From Schmidtea polychroa (taxonomy: Eukaryota), in the NCBI GenBank assembly GCA_044892525.1, contig CM097885.1:40488001-40552000 (forward strand): 64,000 bases of DNA, read 5' to 3'. This document shows positions 1 to 64,000 of this stretch, piece by piece (the first letter of the stretch is position 1; the number at the start of each line of letters is the position of its first letter). The position numbers and the translations under genes are program-made. The notes beneath the pieces were generated by a model that worked only from the letters and a program-made list of their open reading frames with translations, was not told the origin of the DNA and did no database searches.

Positions 1-729
1 CACTCGTTTATAGAGTTAAACTTATTTTTCGGTACGTCACCTTTTATATGAGAAAACTTTAGTTTTAGGATGGTGAACTAAACGGACTTCATTAACGTTG
101 CCGTGTGTCTCGGCTATTAAAGTTTTTGTTGTTGATTTATCATATAAGAACATTTTACTTTGCTTTATTTTAAAATTTCATAATAATTTCAGAGCAGGAA
201 CCTTAGCAATTTGATAAATTTTCCCAAAATCTCGCGACACACAGATTGAGAAACACTGCTGTATTTTTATCTCATAAAGAATTTTTTCCATTCAAAAGAA
301 CCATAATTTATAATGAATTTTGATCAAACTATACTGAAGTAGTAAATCATTGGCCTTTAGGACATTTGGAATCGTTTCCAATTATTATAAGTTAGGTAAA
401 GCATTGAAAAGTGTCTTTAGCAAAGCTTTTCAAACACCATGATAAAGAATTAAAATGACGGAAATTTAAGCCTTAAAAGTGCAGTTAAAACAATTATTAT
501 TGAATAAATAATATTTACTAAACAATTGAAATATTAGTATCTTAAAGTTTGGTGGCGCTTCTCAACGTCCTTATAGCCCTTCATTTAAAAGGGTTGCTAC
601 GACAGTTACTCTCGACAAGCGGTTTCTCTGAAAGTCCTGACATATCCTTGTAAGATGAAATATTTACAATATATTAAAAGGAATGATATATAATGATTTT
701 GTTTATAGCTATACTTTTAAAAATTTCAG

Positions 730-9445
<8,716 letters not shown>

Positions 9446-10279
9446 ACTTCCTCGAAATGGAATATAAAAATCTTTTATCGGTAAAGGAATTTTTTTATAT
9501 TATTTTGCTGTTTTTCAAAATCTAGTGCTCTCAAATTTATAGATCATGTAGATTGTATTATTGTAGGCGATCGGTAGATTAGAATGTTAAATTTTATTTT
9601 TTTTAATTATTTTGGAATTTAGACCAATTGTAATAAAGCAATAAAAGTTGTCTTATTTTATTTTGGATTACGACCAAGAATAAACTTAAAATATAAGTCC
9701 GCTTATTTTATTGTGATCATTATACCCTCCTATATGACAAAAGTGATATTTGGTAAAAATACTTTGGGACCCTTGTTCTAACAAGTAAAAACTGTATTAT
9801 TAACTATATCGAAAGAAATGACTTCTGCGTGGCTAAGAATAGATGGGCTGGAATGAGGTATAACATGGAGCACAACAGTTTGATATTAGTTGTGAAGTGT
9901 TTATCCATATGTGGCTAGTACGCCTGGAAAGATGTGTCATTAACTAGTTGCTAAACAGCAACTGGCCATGCGTCAAAGGTAAATTCTCACATAATGTTTT
10001 GTAATTATATAAATGTTTAAGTAAAGTTTTCTTCGTTATAACATTACTATTGTTCGGTAAAATAATATAGAAATTAGATCTTTTGCTGATATCCATGCCA
10101 CTTGACGTAATATTGTTTATCCTTACGTTTTTTTAGTTTTCAATATTTATTGAATTCTAAATATTCTTAATTATAGAATTTTTCAAATAAATTATTATTT
10201 TCATAACCTTCAATGACATACATTACAGAATTCTTTTAGTATTAATTTTTGAAATCCGAAAAACCTCATCGCTCTAATT

Positions 10280-10900
10280 CAGGGGTGGCCAACCTTTTTG
10301 GTAAAAGGGCCATTACAATATTTTTGATAATGCGGCGGGCCGCAGGTTTAAAAGGCGTAAATTTTTAACTAATGCTTCTGTGCTAATTCCAACTAAGGAA
10401 CAGGAGAAGCGCAGTAATAGCCCGTAGTGGGGTCTGAGACAACCGCTAAAAAAACAATAAAGCATTTGCGTGCATGTTAAATAAATTAAATAAATCTTTT
10501 CCTTTCGTTAATTGTCATTATTTAATTTAATTATTCTATATTTAATATTTTACCACGCTTGTTAACTATTAATTCGAAATGTTTTAAATTTTAAAATACA
10601 CTGTATATGAAATAAACAAAATTTGCACGATTATTAATTATCTGGAAGCAATATGATATATGCATCGTAAATTGACGATCAACAAAAGTAACAAAGTTAT
10701 TAAATTATGCAATTTACCTTTTTAATTTATTGGTTAGGTTTCGTTTTTTTGATAAAATTTTTTATAGTTTGTATTGTAATTATTAACTATATATTTTTGT
10801 GTTGCATTTATTACATTTTTTGTATTAAATCGTATTTTAAAAAGTTTTTATTATATATTCAAAATATTAAAGCAATCGGGCCGCCGGCTGGTCACTCCTG
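10280..10900. mobile_element. hAT (Charlie/Buster-type) MITE
   Basis: TIRs caggggtggcca / tggtcactcctg, GGGCCG subterminal motifs, and a perfect 8-bp TSD CTCTAATT (10272-10279, 10901-10908) with central TA. Confidence 0.9.
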
Positions 10901-11481
10901 CTCTAATTACTAGTGAACTTTTTAACAAATGTTTATGGACTTTTGAGTTGATTTTGAAATGAAATATATACAAGACTCAATCAATTTAAACCTCTATATG
11001 ATGAATTATTATAACTACATATGATTTGTGGCCAGACATTTATTCATGTTTTATTATCTTAATGTGTAAAATAATTTTTTAAATCGTTCTGCATGAGCTG
11101 ACTTGAATTGTAAATATTGTATATAAAATGTATATAAAATGTATACATATTTACCCAAATCAGTTTGTAAATTGTTTGGATAACTATCTTTAACAAAAGA
11201 TTAAACATACTACTTCTATAAATAGCTTTCGAGTAATTAAAAAATAGATAATAAATTAAAATATATAAACCAAATTTCAAGCAACTTTCGATAATAACTT
11301 TAAAATGTTCTAATAATTAAAAAATATTTGTTAACTTTATACTACTTATAAGTAAGAGTAACATCTAAAATATAAATATCTCAACTAATCAGTTAATATG
11401 ATTTGAATGTTGAAAATTATCAATTAATATATTTTTTAAGATCTCATAAAGTTTTTTAATTAATATTATTATAGACCAATA

Positions 11482-11546
<65 letters not shown>

Positions 11547-11564
11547 TAATAATAATAATAATAA

Positions 11565-12415
11565 AATCCTACACAGAAACGGATACCAAAGTGAGGACAT
11601 TGAAAGAATGAATTCTACTCCAAAAGATCTAGGGAATTAACTCAAAAGAAGAAGAAATATTTCTATCTTAATATCCCATTGATCAGTGACATACTCGACT
11701 TCAAGATCCTGAAATAACTTAAACGTACCGGTCTTCTAATTCGGATAGCGCATAAATCTTGGAAATTGAGAAAAGCTCTGGCAAATAGCATAAATAGAGA
11801 AAACAATTGCACAATGAAAAACTTCCAGACACCGAAAGATATGTGCTTTAGAAAAAACATCGCCTATTGCATCACGTGCAATGTATGCAATGAAATCTAC
11901 ATTGGAAGTACACTCAGGAACTTGTACCAAAGAGTTAAAGAACATCTAGATCCTGATGGAACAATCTCGATAAACAGACATCTCCAAAAATGTCAACCAA
12001 CAGAGGAAAGAAAAAAATTTCAATCGAAATCATAGAAAAATCCAAAAGAAAAATGTCGGATTCAAAGAAGCAATTCTCATCACAAACAGACGACCAAAAA
12101 TCAACACTAAAGAAGAAATCAATGAAATCATGAATTTGATCTGTTGTCATTGACCTGGAGAATATCTGACAATATATAAAAAATATAATAAATTAAAAAA
12201 AAATTTTAATAAAAAAAATTCATAAAAAGAAAGTATATATTATATTTATAACCAATTAGAATTAAGAGAAATGAAATAAAAAAAGATAGAAATGTATTTT
12301 CGGGAAGAAGATTGCTAAATTCCAGAAGATTGACAAGGACTATCTTATAGTCGAAAATTTTTTCATTAAATACATTATTTGCAGCAAAAGGCTTAAATTA
12401 TCACTTTATTGTTTT
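11565..12415 (+). mobile_element. 5'-truncated Penelope-like retroelement relic (RT thumb/linker plus GIY-YIG endonuclease), flanked by (AAT)n
   Basis: ILHRNGYQ..LNIPLISD linker, then NIAYCITCNVCNEIYIGSTLRNLYQRVKEH..HL..C (GIY-YIG with the Penelope CCHH pattern); after a frameshift ..EAILI..RPKIN. Confidence 0.85.
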
Positions 12416-12416
12416 A

Positions 12417-12470
<54 letters not shown>

Positions 12471-12471
12471 C

Positions 12472-12561
<90 letters not shown>

Positions 12562-13301
12562 GTAAAAATAATAATAAAAATAGTAAAAATGTCAACATTG
12601 GAATTAGTTTTCAATTTATAAAGAAATTCAATTCATAGAAATTTATAGAAATAAAATTCAGTGAAATGGAGAATTCTAATTTATATCAAATATAAATCCT
12701 ATTGTCACATTGACATATTTGATAGATGAGAACTCAGATTATAAGACAATGATAGACAGACTGAGAAATTTGAGTTTTATTTTCAACCAAATCTTACATT
12801 TGAATTTGGTAAACTCATTTATTTTATCAAATTTTCATTTGCCGTTATTCTTCATTTATTAAATTGAAATAACTAAAAAATTTTGAAAATTTAATTTTCG
12901 ACTTTAATTTCGGAATTTTATTCTATGTTAACTTACATGTGACAATGCATTAGATATTTTGATTTCTCCGGTCACTTGAACTTTCTCCAGTCTTTTTCTT
13001 TACACTTAGAATAGAAACAAAAACAAAATTCATTCTGCAATATATTCTGCAATCTTAGTATCTCTGTTCCTTTAAGAAAATATTTCGATATTCATTCAAA
13101 CTTATTCGAATTTTGAAACGAATACTTGAGGCTATTTAAAAATAAATTGAAAATCAACCAGTACTCATTTATTTCCATATTTCCATGTTTCCATAAAGGT
13201 GTACTTGCGTACACTATCACCTTAAAAAGGCACTCTCGATAGAATAATACCAAAAGTGAACCTCTCAAAACAATACTATAGAACGTAATGATAAATATAA
13301 T

Positions 13302-13455
13302 GCCGACCCTCAGACAGACGTGGCTAATAGTTAACCAAAAGCCGCCATTTGCGTTCAAAGTGTTAATGATCAGAGCGTTGTGCATTTTACATTAATTCAC
13401 GTATTTTGCTACGTTCTTCATCGACGTGTGAGCCGAGTGATCCATCGCTTAAAGT
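13302..13455 (-). rRNA. 5.8S rRNA: Isolated 5.8S rRNA copy (probably an orphan pseudogene)
   Basis: Reverse complement reads ACTTTAAGCGATGGATCACTCGGCTC..GTCGATGAAGAACGTAGC..GTGAATTAATGT..TTTGAACGCAAATGGCGGC..GCCACGTCTGTCTGAGGGTCGGC, ~154 nt, with the conserved 5.8S motifs. No 18S or 28S in the window. Confidence 0.9.
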
Positions 13456-14019
13456 GGTACATGATACAGATGCACGTAATGGCGATCCAAATAATTTAGA
13501 TCGACTCAATTATTAAATCAAGGATCAATATTATTAGCAAGTAATATGTAAAGTAAATAATAAACGGTTTTATCTGAACCAGTATGAGGTAATCAAAAGG
13601 ATTTATATATTAAATTTTATTTACACGTGATGGTAAGGCAAACCTGCAGCTGCATTTGTTATATTTCTAGACATTAGCCTAAAAATCCTGGTGCATCATC
13701 AGAAGTCACTTGTGTTGATGCATTAGTAATCATTTGAGATAGATTTCCAACATTTTCTGTACTTAACATTCCACGCACAATACATTTTTATTTTCGAAAA
13801 AGCGGATTCAATCGGATTAAGCATGTAGGAATATGGTGAGAGAAAATGATAAATGAATCATGTCTGTCTGTTAAATTTTCTTCTTCCATTATGGTTTTAA
13901 AAACTTTATTCCTATGCTATTTTGGCGGTAAACATATTTTAACAGAACATAATATTAAAACACATTTTCAATATTTTTTTAAATTTTAAATTAATTTTTG
14001 TTATTTATGGTTGCAATTT

Positions 14020-14137
14020 AAAATTTACTTTTAATTGGGAAAAATTTACTTTTAATTGTGAAAAATTTACTTTTAAATGGGAAAAATTTACTTTTATTTG
14101 GTAAAAATTTACTTTTAATTGGTAAAAATTTACTTTT
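14020..14137. repeat. Tandem ~21-bp repeat (aaaaatttacttttaattgg), ~6 copies
   Basis: Directly visible; it generates the KNLLL repeat ORF at 14058. Confidence 0.9.
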
Positions 14138-15428
14138 CTCTGGGAAATGGTATATATATATAGCCGGATTTACTCTTGAGGGGCCAAAGACTAAACATCT
14201 TATGGAGCTCTTTTATAATTTTTTATTAAACACAAAAGTTAATTTGTTTCCTGCTGTTATATAGTTCAAAAAATAGTTTAATTTCGAAAATTTAAATATA
14301 TATAAAAGATATAAACATGAAGTACAATTCATAAATAAAAAAACATTAATATAGAAATATTTTATACAGATTCCATATGCATTTTATGACTATGTCCAGA
14401 TACTTAGCCCTTAATTCATCACTTCTGACATTTCGAAAGAAAATCCATTTTTATAATGCCTCAATTTTCCACACTGGTGGCTTGTTTTATCTAAACTCGT
14501 AATTTCTGTTTCAACTTTCTAGCATTTAACTATGTTAATCTGGTTGTAATGCTACAACACTTACGCTCGTCAATAACTTCGAAGCTCCCAATTATCGCAA
14601 CATAACAAAAATTATCATAAAATGACTATCTTAATATCATAATTCTTGCAAACATCAATGCTGCTAAAGATTCTGAAAACACAGGTCAACTGTTTTCTGT
14701 TTTATGCATGTTAATAGAAACTGTCATAGAACGGACTTAGGATATTTCTAATAACCTCGAAAGAACTCTGTAATTTCTTGAACAACTCGGCAAAACATGT
14801 TTTGGTGCGCAACTAATGATTTGATTTCTTCAATCAAGTAAAAATTTTGACTACATAATTGTAGAAGTTTTCTAATCTCAAAAGAAATATAAGAAATATA
14901 GCAAAAGAATATAACGAAATATTAAAAAACTATTTATTTGTATCACACAAAATTATCTGCAATTATGTAAATGTATGATTTTAATGAAACAAATATGCCG
15001 TTTTAGTAATTGAAATGAACCACAGAAACTGAAAAAAATTGCGACTTGCATAAACTGGATTATATTCTTGTCAAGTTTACTGGCTTGAACACCCATGATA
15101 AATTCAAACAACATTCAATTACAAAAAAACTATTTTAGTTTCAAATCTTTTCTGTATTTACAAAAAGAATAAAATTAAAAATTACAATATAAATTAAATA
15201 AATTCAAAATGCATTTATACAATAAAAAATGATTATTTACAATTTTTAAATTCTTAAACAATTTCTTTATTTAAAAGGAATTTAAAAAAGGAAAAAATAC
15301 TTAAACCTTAAATAACTTACATTTTTTCATTTGTTTGAATTAACCAATAAATTTAACCTTGAGATGATAATAATTTAAATGCAAAATAAGTATCGTTATA
15401 AATTGAAAGAATAATTTTTCTATAAAAA

Positions 15429-56274
<40,846 letters not shown>

Positions 56275-56466
56275 GTTAGTGAAAGTTAAATATTTTTTTA
56301 AAATTTTAAATGAAAATTTATTTTGATATATAAATCTCTTTGTAATTTTCTGACAGCAATTGTTGTAGGGATAATAGTGATAATTATTACTACAATAATT
56401 ATATTTCTTTCCTTGACTTGCTAGCACATTAATTGTTTGTTTAAATATTTATTTAATTTGAATAAG

Positions 56467-56574
<108 letters not shown>

Positions 56575-57734
56575 GTCTTAATGTTCTAGATTTGTTTTTA
56601 TTACTTTGATGAAGGCTAACGTTCAAATCAAAATTTTCCAAATATAATTTAACCATATCATGGGCAAAAATATTTGTTCTATTTTTCATATAAGGTTTGT
56701 TTGCAAATGAATGCTGAGCGCATGAAATGAAATTTTAATTGAAGATTTATTGATAAACAACACTACCAGATATGAACATTTTGCAAAAAATGTCCTTTAT
56801 AGGGATGTGGAACAAATGAGGAACAACTTTAGCTTTAACACCTTAGATCATCCAGTTTCAAAAAAATTTGCATATGTTTAATTTTCCTAACTCAATATCT
56901 TATACTGATATTTGGTTTATCTATGTAGCGTTTATTCAAATTATTAAATGCAACTATTATAAACAAAGATATGATACTCATTAAATACGAAGTAACAAAT
57001 TACAAGAATAGGATTTATGATGTTAATCATTTTTGTAATTATATTATTTGTTTTTATAATATTACTTCGTTTGGTATTTCAAGCTTTTTCTAACTTTTCT
57101 GTTACCCAATACTGTCTAGTTCTATTGAAGTTTATAAAGTTTAAAGTAATTGAACTTTGTGACCTTTTATTTTTGGAAGTATACTCAGAGTTTAAATTGT
57201 GTGCAGTATCCTGGTTTTCCAATAGCCTACTCTAGAAAAGCAAAATAATCTTATGACACAACGAAAGAGGGTTTGGAGCTAATTTAGTACGACCAGTGCA
57301 AGTGGAAAGTTTCGTAGACTTGAAAATCGTAGGCATTCTCATATGAATATCAAACCTGTATTATTTTGTGTAATAATGAAATACAATAATTTCGAATTAA
57401 TATTAATTTGGATATGTTAGAGAAAAACGGATTTTAGTCTATTATATAGAAGGTTTATAGGACACTTTTAACCTTAAAAATCTTTTGCAACATTTCGAAA
57501 GTGGTTATTTTATCGTTGATTTTTATTAGTGTTGCAATAAACATTCAATAAAATCTTAAATTATTTAATCATTTAAAGTAAAGTGAAATCTGAATTGTAA
57601 TTGTTCTGATCTAAAAGAGCCTATCTTGTTTAGAATTCGTTATTTCTATTGATCTAAACTATCATGGAATCAGATAAGTAATTGTTAATTTATTATTTTA
57701 GCGAAAAACCTCCAACATTATTGTTATTATTATT

Positions 57735-58090
<356 letters not shown>

Positions 58091-58107
58091 TAATAATAAT
58101 AATATTA

Positions 58108-58183
<76 letters not shown>

Positions 58184-58849
58184 TTAATAATAATAATAAT
58201 ATTATTATGAAGTATAAAGTTGTGGTGTATTGTTGGCAGGCAATGAAAAGGAAATGTTATCATTATGATCATTGTTCTTATTGTTTAAGAATCTTGAGAC
58301 CGAGTTGATCGTTGATCATTAGAAAATTTTGATAAAAATATCTATTGTTTTGTGTTGTATTCTTAGATCTTTTTGGATATGAATATTTAGAATAGAATAT
58401 TCAAATTCAACAATGACAACAAAGGAAGGAAAAATGCTTCAAATGTTAACAAATGACAGCATTAAAAATGTCTCCGGTTTAAAAAAGCAATTATTATCAT
58501 GAATAAATATCCAACAATTAACACTACTGGAGAAATCGAAGAAAATGGCAGAAAATAAATATGAAAAGGAAACCAGTCAGCATTTGAACATTGAAACAGT
58601 AGAATTCTGAGAGATTGAAATTAGAGATATCTAAATTTTTCTAATTTAATACTTATTTTGTAGTGAAGGTTTATCTTATCATTTATTTTTGAAATATTTA
58701 TATTTTAATTATTATTGACATTATTATTATTAATATTATTATTTATTAAAAAACTTGAAGACATATATTTACAGATTTATAGTTTTCAAGCATTTTAATA
58801 AATACAATGGAAAAGAAATCAGTGGTGAAATTGGAAAAAGTTCTTATAA

Positions 58850-58928
<79 letters not shown>

Positions 58929-59555
58929 GATATTATTATTATTATTAATATTATTATTATTATTAACATTATTATTATTATAATTAAAATTAAATAGATG
59001 AAAATCTAATTTGATATAATGCGAATCTGTTTGGTAAAATCAATTTCACAGGAAATATTTCTTGAATTTTTACGTATTTTAAAGCAACTTTATTGCAGAC
59101 AAACTCCTTGAGAACAATTTGAAATTTTTCTTTTGCACATTTTTAAACTGTAATCAATAAAATCGTGCATTTAAAAATTAGCAATCCAATATATTCGGAA
59201 AAATTTATGCCAAAATCGGATTGAAGATATTTTTCTATCAATTTCATTAAGTTAATAAACTATTTAAGAAGCTGGATATAATATTTGACTAGTAAATTTT
59301 AACAAAAATATTCAGTATTTCAGTCGCACTTGAGCTAAATTTTCAATGATAGTCTTGATAAATTGGGTCTGATTAAATTATCTCAGATTCCATGAATAAT
59401 TGAATATTTTACTTTTTCCTAATACAAATATTAAATATTATTTCCTGGCGAGCTTTAGACTTCGCATTAATATGTTTGGAATTTTACCCAATAAAATCTT
59501 TACAGTTAGCTGCCTACAGCATTGATTTAATTGGAATTTACTTGAAATGATGATG

Positions 59556-59705
<150 letters not shown>

Positions 59706-59756
59706 TTAATAATAATAATAATATTAATAAAAAAATAAAATAACAATAATAATATA

Positions 59757-59804
<48 letters not shown>

Positions 59805-61139
59805 TCATATATTTTCCACGAGATATGTATGTAAATGGAATAATTTCTCATAATTTTTCTTGAATTTAGTGTTTGTTTTAACTTCACAATACATTTTGTC
59901 CCAAAAGCGTTATCTTATCCATTGATACCATTCATTCTCCTTAAGAATTGAAATCAGCTGTTCCAATTAGCCTTTCACAACTTTCTCAATACAAATATTT
60001 ATAATATCTGTAAAATTTTGTATTGAAATTTAACTCCATTTGTCAAAGTTTCGTGCCCTGCACTGAATTTACAGATTGTTTTCCATAAATTTCCAATAAA
60101 ACTCTTTATAATCAAATAAAACCTCGATTATTTTAATTACAGTTGAATAAAATTATTTGCATATTTGAATGATAATTCGACCAAATGAGAAAATAAATTA
60201 AATTTTATTACATATGTTTTGAAGCTTTGAGGATAAATTACAATAATAATTTCTGAAAACGTTATTTGTTTTCTTTCTCAAATCTTACACATACATACAC
60301 ACAAATTATTATTTTCGTCATTTTTATTGGTTTGATTTCCTAATAATGTTTTCAGTTAATGTTCAAAATATTCTTCATTTTGATCAAATTGTTTTTTCAT
60401 CATTTATTTTTGTCAAAACATTTAACATTTTAACAGTAAATATGATGAGAAATATTAACTTGTTCACACGAAACGAAACAAATTATTTGTCCTCGAATAT
60501 TAAAAATAATAAACATTATATTTATATATATATTTTAAATGTTATTTTTTATTTTCGACTGTCAAAAAACACACAAACTTTAATTTTAAAATTAGTTATT
60601 TCGAAATAATCTAGGCAAATTTTTAAGACCAGTTTTGAAACTGTATCCAATTTAAGATGATTATTATAATATTAGGAATTTATTGTAGGTCAAATAAAAC
60701 AATAAAATAAAATAAAGTTATTAAAATGTACAAAAGGATGAAAATAATTTTATATAGTGCTTTTAACCTCAGAACTAAAGCAGGATAAAAGTGTGACAAA
60801 TAATTGCTGCGATATTCTCTTTAATTAACTATTTATATTACTCTAATATTTATATACTGATTAGTGTAATATTTTATCAAATAATACTTACGTACCACAC
60901 TATATACAGTTTTAATTTGAATTTAAAACTACCAAAAATTAAAAAATGTTATAAAGTAAGTTTTAAAATATTTCTAAAAATATTAGTTTTAATAGTTTTT
61001 AAACTGATAATATTATCAAATGATATGCAGAAAGAAGTACAAATTTGACCAAATAATTTTTACAGCTGATTGTAAATTAATATCATGTAGGAGTTCACCT
61101 TGAATGTAATTATATTTCTTTCTTTTTTTATTCAATGAA

Positions 61140-61209
<70 letters not shown>

Positions 61210-62680
61210 TCTTAATTTTTAAATTAAATTTATTGGTTTAATTAATAATAAAATCAAGATGTGACCATATCTATGGGTTTTTCCAAATATTTGAATCGGA
61301 AATTATTTCTATCCGGTGTATAATTTTGTTCTTTAAATATTTTCGGTATGACTTCCGGTGTTCTGGTTCTAGATATCGGTTAAACAGTTTCTTTTCGGTT
61401 CAACTTGATACGAACCTGCCTAGTTATTCTCATTTTTAATATGATTTTTCGATTTCTATAAGACACATTTGTGCCAATTTTCTTTTTCCTACCTTAAAGA
61501 TTTCTCGAACTATCAGACAGACAAAAGGAGACAAAATTTAAAAAGAAATGATTATGATTATGCTAAATGTGGAATTCGATCAAAACTATTTGTCTTAACA
61601 AATTTGTGTAATTCTTATAATTAAATTCGAAATCGAATGGATACATAAATAATATCATAAATAGCAGGGAAATGAATTTGATGGAGAAATTATTTGAAAA
61701 AAGACATTTTCCCATTTTAGAAAATAGAAAAACTTTGAGAAAAATAATCTACGTATGATTATTTTTATAATTTTTAGAAACTTTCTTAACTTCTTTTTTA
61801 AATCACAAAGTTCAAGGAATTTTTCTAACGTAAGAAAAAGTTGATTCTGAACAACCTTTTATAAGCACAAAAAATTCTGGTTGTATTTCCTATCAAAACA
61901 ATGAATTTTAGCATTTTAAAAATAAAATAGTTTTAAAATAATTTTAAATAAAATAGTTTTTATTCATTATATAAATGAAATAAAAAATTCATTTACCAAT
62001 TACAGTTTTATTTTTAATTTTCATTTCTTTAATGCTAAAAATATGGTTTTGTTAGAAATTTTAGTTTTCGATTCAGTTCCTGTTTGAATCTCTGGTTTAT
62101 TAAATATTTTATTTTGACTTTGAAAATTCGATTATGCATGAATATAAAATAACAGTATAAAATAACATTATATTAATTTTATTACTCATTTGAAAATTCG
62201 ATAATTGCACATTGTTTAAATCTTTAAACATATCATTAAATTGTCATCATTTTGTGAAATTCAATTTAAATTTATTATATAAATTTATTGTTAATTTATG
62301 AATATTTAATTGTTTTATCGATTATAATATACTGATTGTTTAAAATTCCAGTAATTTCTTCAAGGTTTTTTTTAATTATTTTTTTTTAATTATATGTGAT
62401 TTCTAAATTAGAACGATTCATTAGCAGTTGAGTGGATTTCAGGAAGTTTTTTTTCAAATTTTTTTCTATAATTTTAGTTTAAATTATGGAAATTAAAGTT
62501 TTATTCAAAAATATTTGCTGTTTGAGAATTAATACGAAAATTTAAAGAAATTACTTGAAGGTCCTAAAGGTTTTTTGTAAATAAAGATAAATAATTAAAT
62601 TGAAATTTACAAAAAATCAAATGGAAATAATAAATATATTTCAAGACAATTAAAATTAAGAAAATAATAATAATAATAAT

Positions 62681-62761
<81 letters not shown>

Positions 62762-64000
62762 TATTATTATTATTATTATTATTATTATAAGGATAATATT
62801 AATATCTTTTAAAAAGTATTTTCATATTAATATTATCATAATTATTATTTCCACTGTGTTTTTATTTATTGAAATTCTAAAAATACATCTAAGTGAAAAA
62901 ATTTAAAAAAAAATTAATTATGAAATAATTTTACTCAAATAATTCCAAACAGAGATATTTAATTTTCTAGTTAATTATATTGTCAAATTTTCTGTTATTA
63001 AATTTTCTCTGACGAATTTTTCAAAAATAATTTCAATCTTTTATATAAAATATTTTAAAATTGTCTTTTATTTTTGAAAAAAAAATTATTCTCTTAGTTG
63101 CAAGGATACCTTAATTAATTTTTTTAATGATATCGATTCAAATAAATGTCAATTTTAATTCACCAACTCAAGTGAAGTGTTTGCCAGAATTATGACAAAT
63201 TCATCTATTATGTATCAATTTTACGTGGAATTTATCGATTAGTGAAATTTAAATATTATTTATTCTAGATAAATGTTTCAGTTTTGTTGTAATTGTTTCG
63301 AAAAAATTGTTTTCCAATTTTCCCATTCCTCCATTGATTGTTGTTGGAAAAATCAACTAGAAACACATTAGAATTGATTTTCAAAAAAAAATAAATAATT
63401 GACAAACAACTCAAATCAAACAAAAAAATAAAATTCAAAAATCTAATGTTTTCCATTTACGTTTTTCTTCATTTCAGCATATGCAAGCACTAATTAAAAT
63501 CATTACTGAAACGTATCAGGCTGCAGTGAATTGAATCATGATTATAATCAACCGAACGCATTGTTTGCTGGTAGAACTGTTCGATTTTATTTTATTTATT
63601 TATTTTTTCATTTTCAATTCTCTCCTTTTTTTCGGTCAATCGCTAAACGCATTTGTGTGCGGTATTTCCCATTCTTGAAATACTTGAAAACGCCCGGGAG
63701 ATTATTATTAACTACTGGCAATCACGCTTCAATACTTGCAGTATATAGAAAACCATACTACTTGAATTATCAATGCCAGAAAAGTGTGTTGTGATTTTGT
63801 CGGACTCGTTTAATGAATGAATTGTTGAAAAATATTTTTCTCTTTCCTTTTTCAATCAACCATGGTATTTTAAAGAGATTTCTTTTTCCTCTGTGATGAT
63901 TTTGGTAAAACTGATATTGTTTTGTGATTCGACCGTGAAATTAAATCGGAATTCGGACATTTTATCATTTGAAAACACTTTATAAATTGAAAATATATTT

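Noticed and set aside
232..258. hAT-like terminal sequence (..gattgagaaacactg)
   Set aside because: Only one end is visible; no partner TIR or TSD can be confirmed in the window.
62663..62790. (AAT)n directly followed by (ATT)n, a potential hairpin
   Set aside because: Low-complexity juxtaposition expected in a genome this rich in AAT tracts.
63478..63535. Candidate next qki exon (QUA2)
   Set aside because: The translation after the acceptor-like tttcag lacks the LKKxQLxELAxxNG QUA2 motif.

Overview
Very AT-rich animal genomic DNA with many (AAT)n microsatellites and ~45-nt introns; it looks planarian/flatworm-like, which is inference only. Two host genes are visible. The first is the 3' seven exons of an SLC6 dopamine-transporter-like gene (730-9445, +). 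The second is the first four coding exons of a STAR/Quaking-family KH RNA-binding gene (15429-56274, +), whose second intron is ~35.9 kb. That intron carries the main object of interest: a 14,560-bp palindromic element (28910-43469) with Polinton/Maverick-type 5'-AG...CT-3' ends and a 6-bp direct target-site duplication (TATAAA). It consists of two ~6.8-kb near-identical inverted arms around a 905-bp spacer. Each arm carries one full-length, intron-containing protein-primed-type family B DNA polymerase gene, and I see no integrase, capsid or packaging ATPase. The two polymerases differ visibly at one residue, the Exo II catalytic Asp (D vs N). Next to this element lie a diverged third polB fragment, an array of 17 AP-1 sites and a frameshifted Ty3/Gypsy element. 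Also present are an orphan 5.8S rRNA copy, two Penelope GIY-YIG relics, and several MITEs or transposase relics (hAT, Merlin, piggyBac, Tc1/mariner-pogo).
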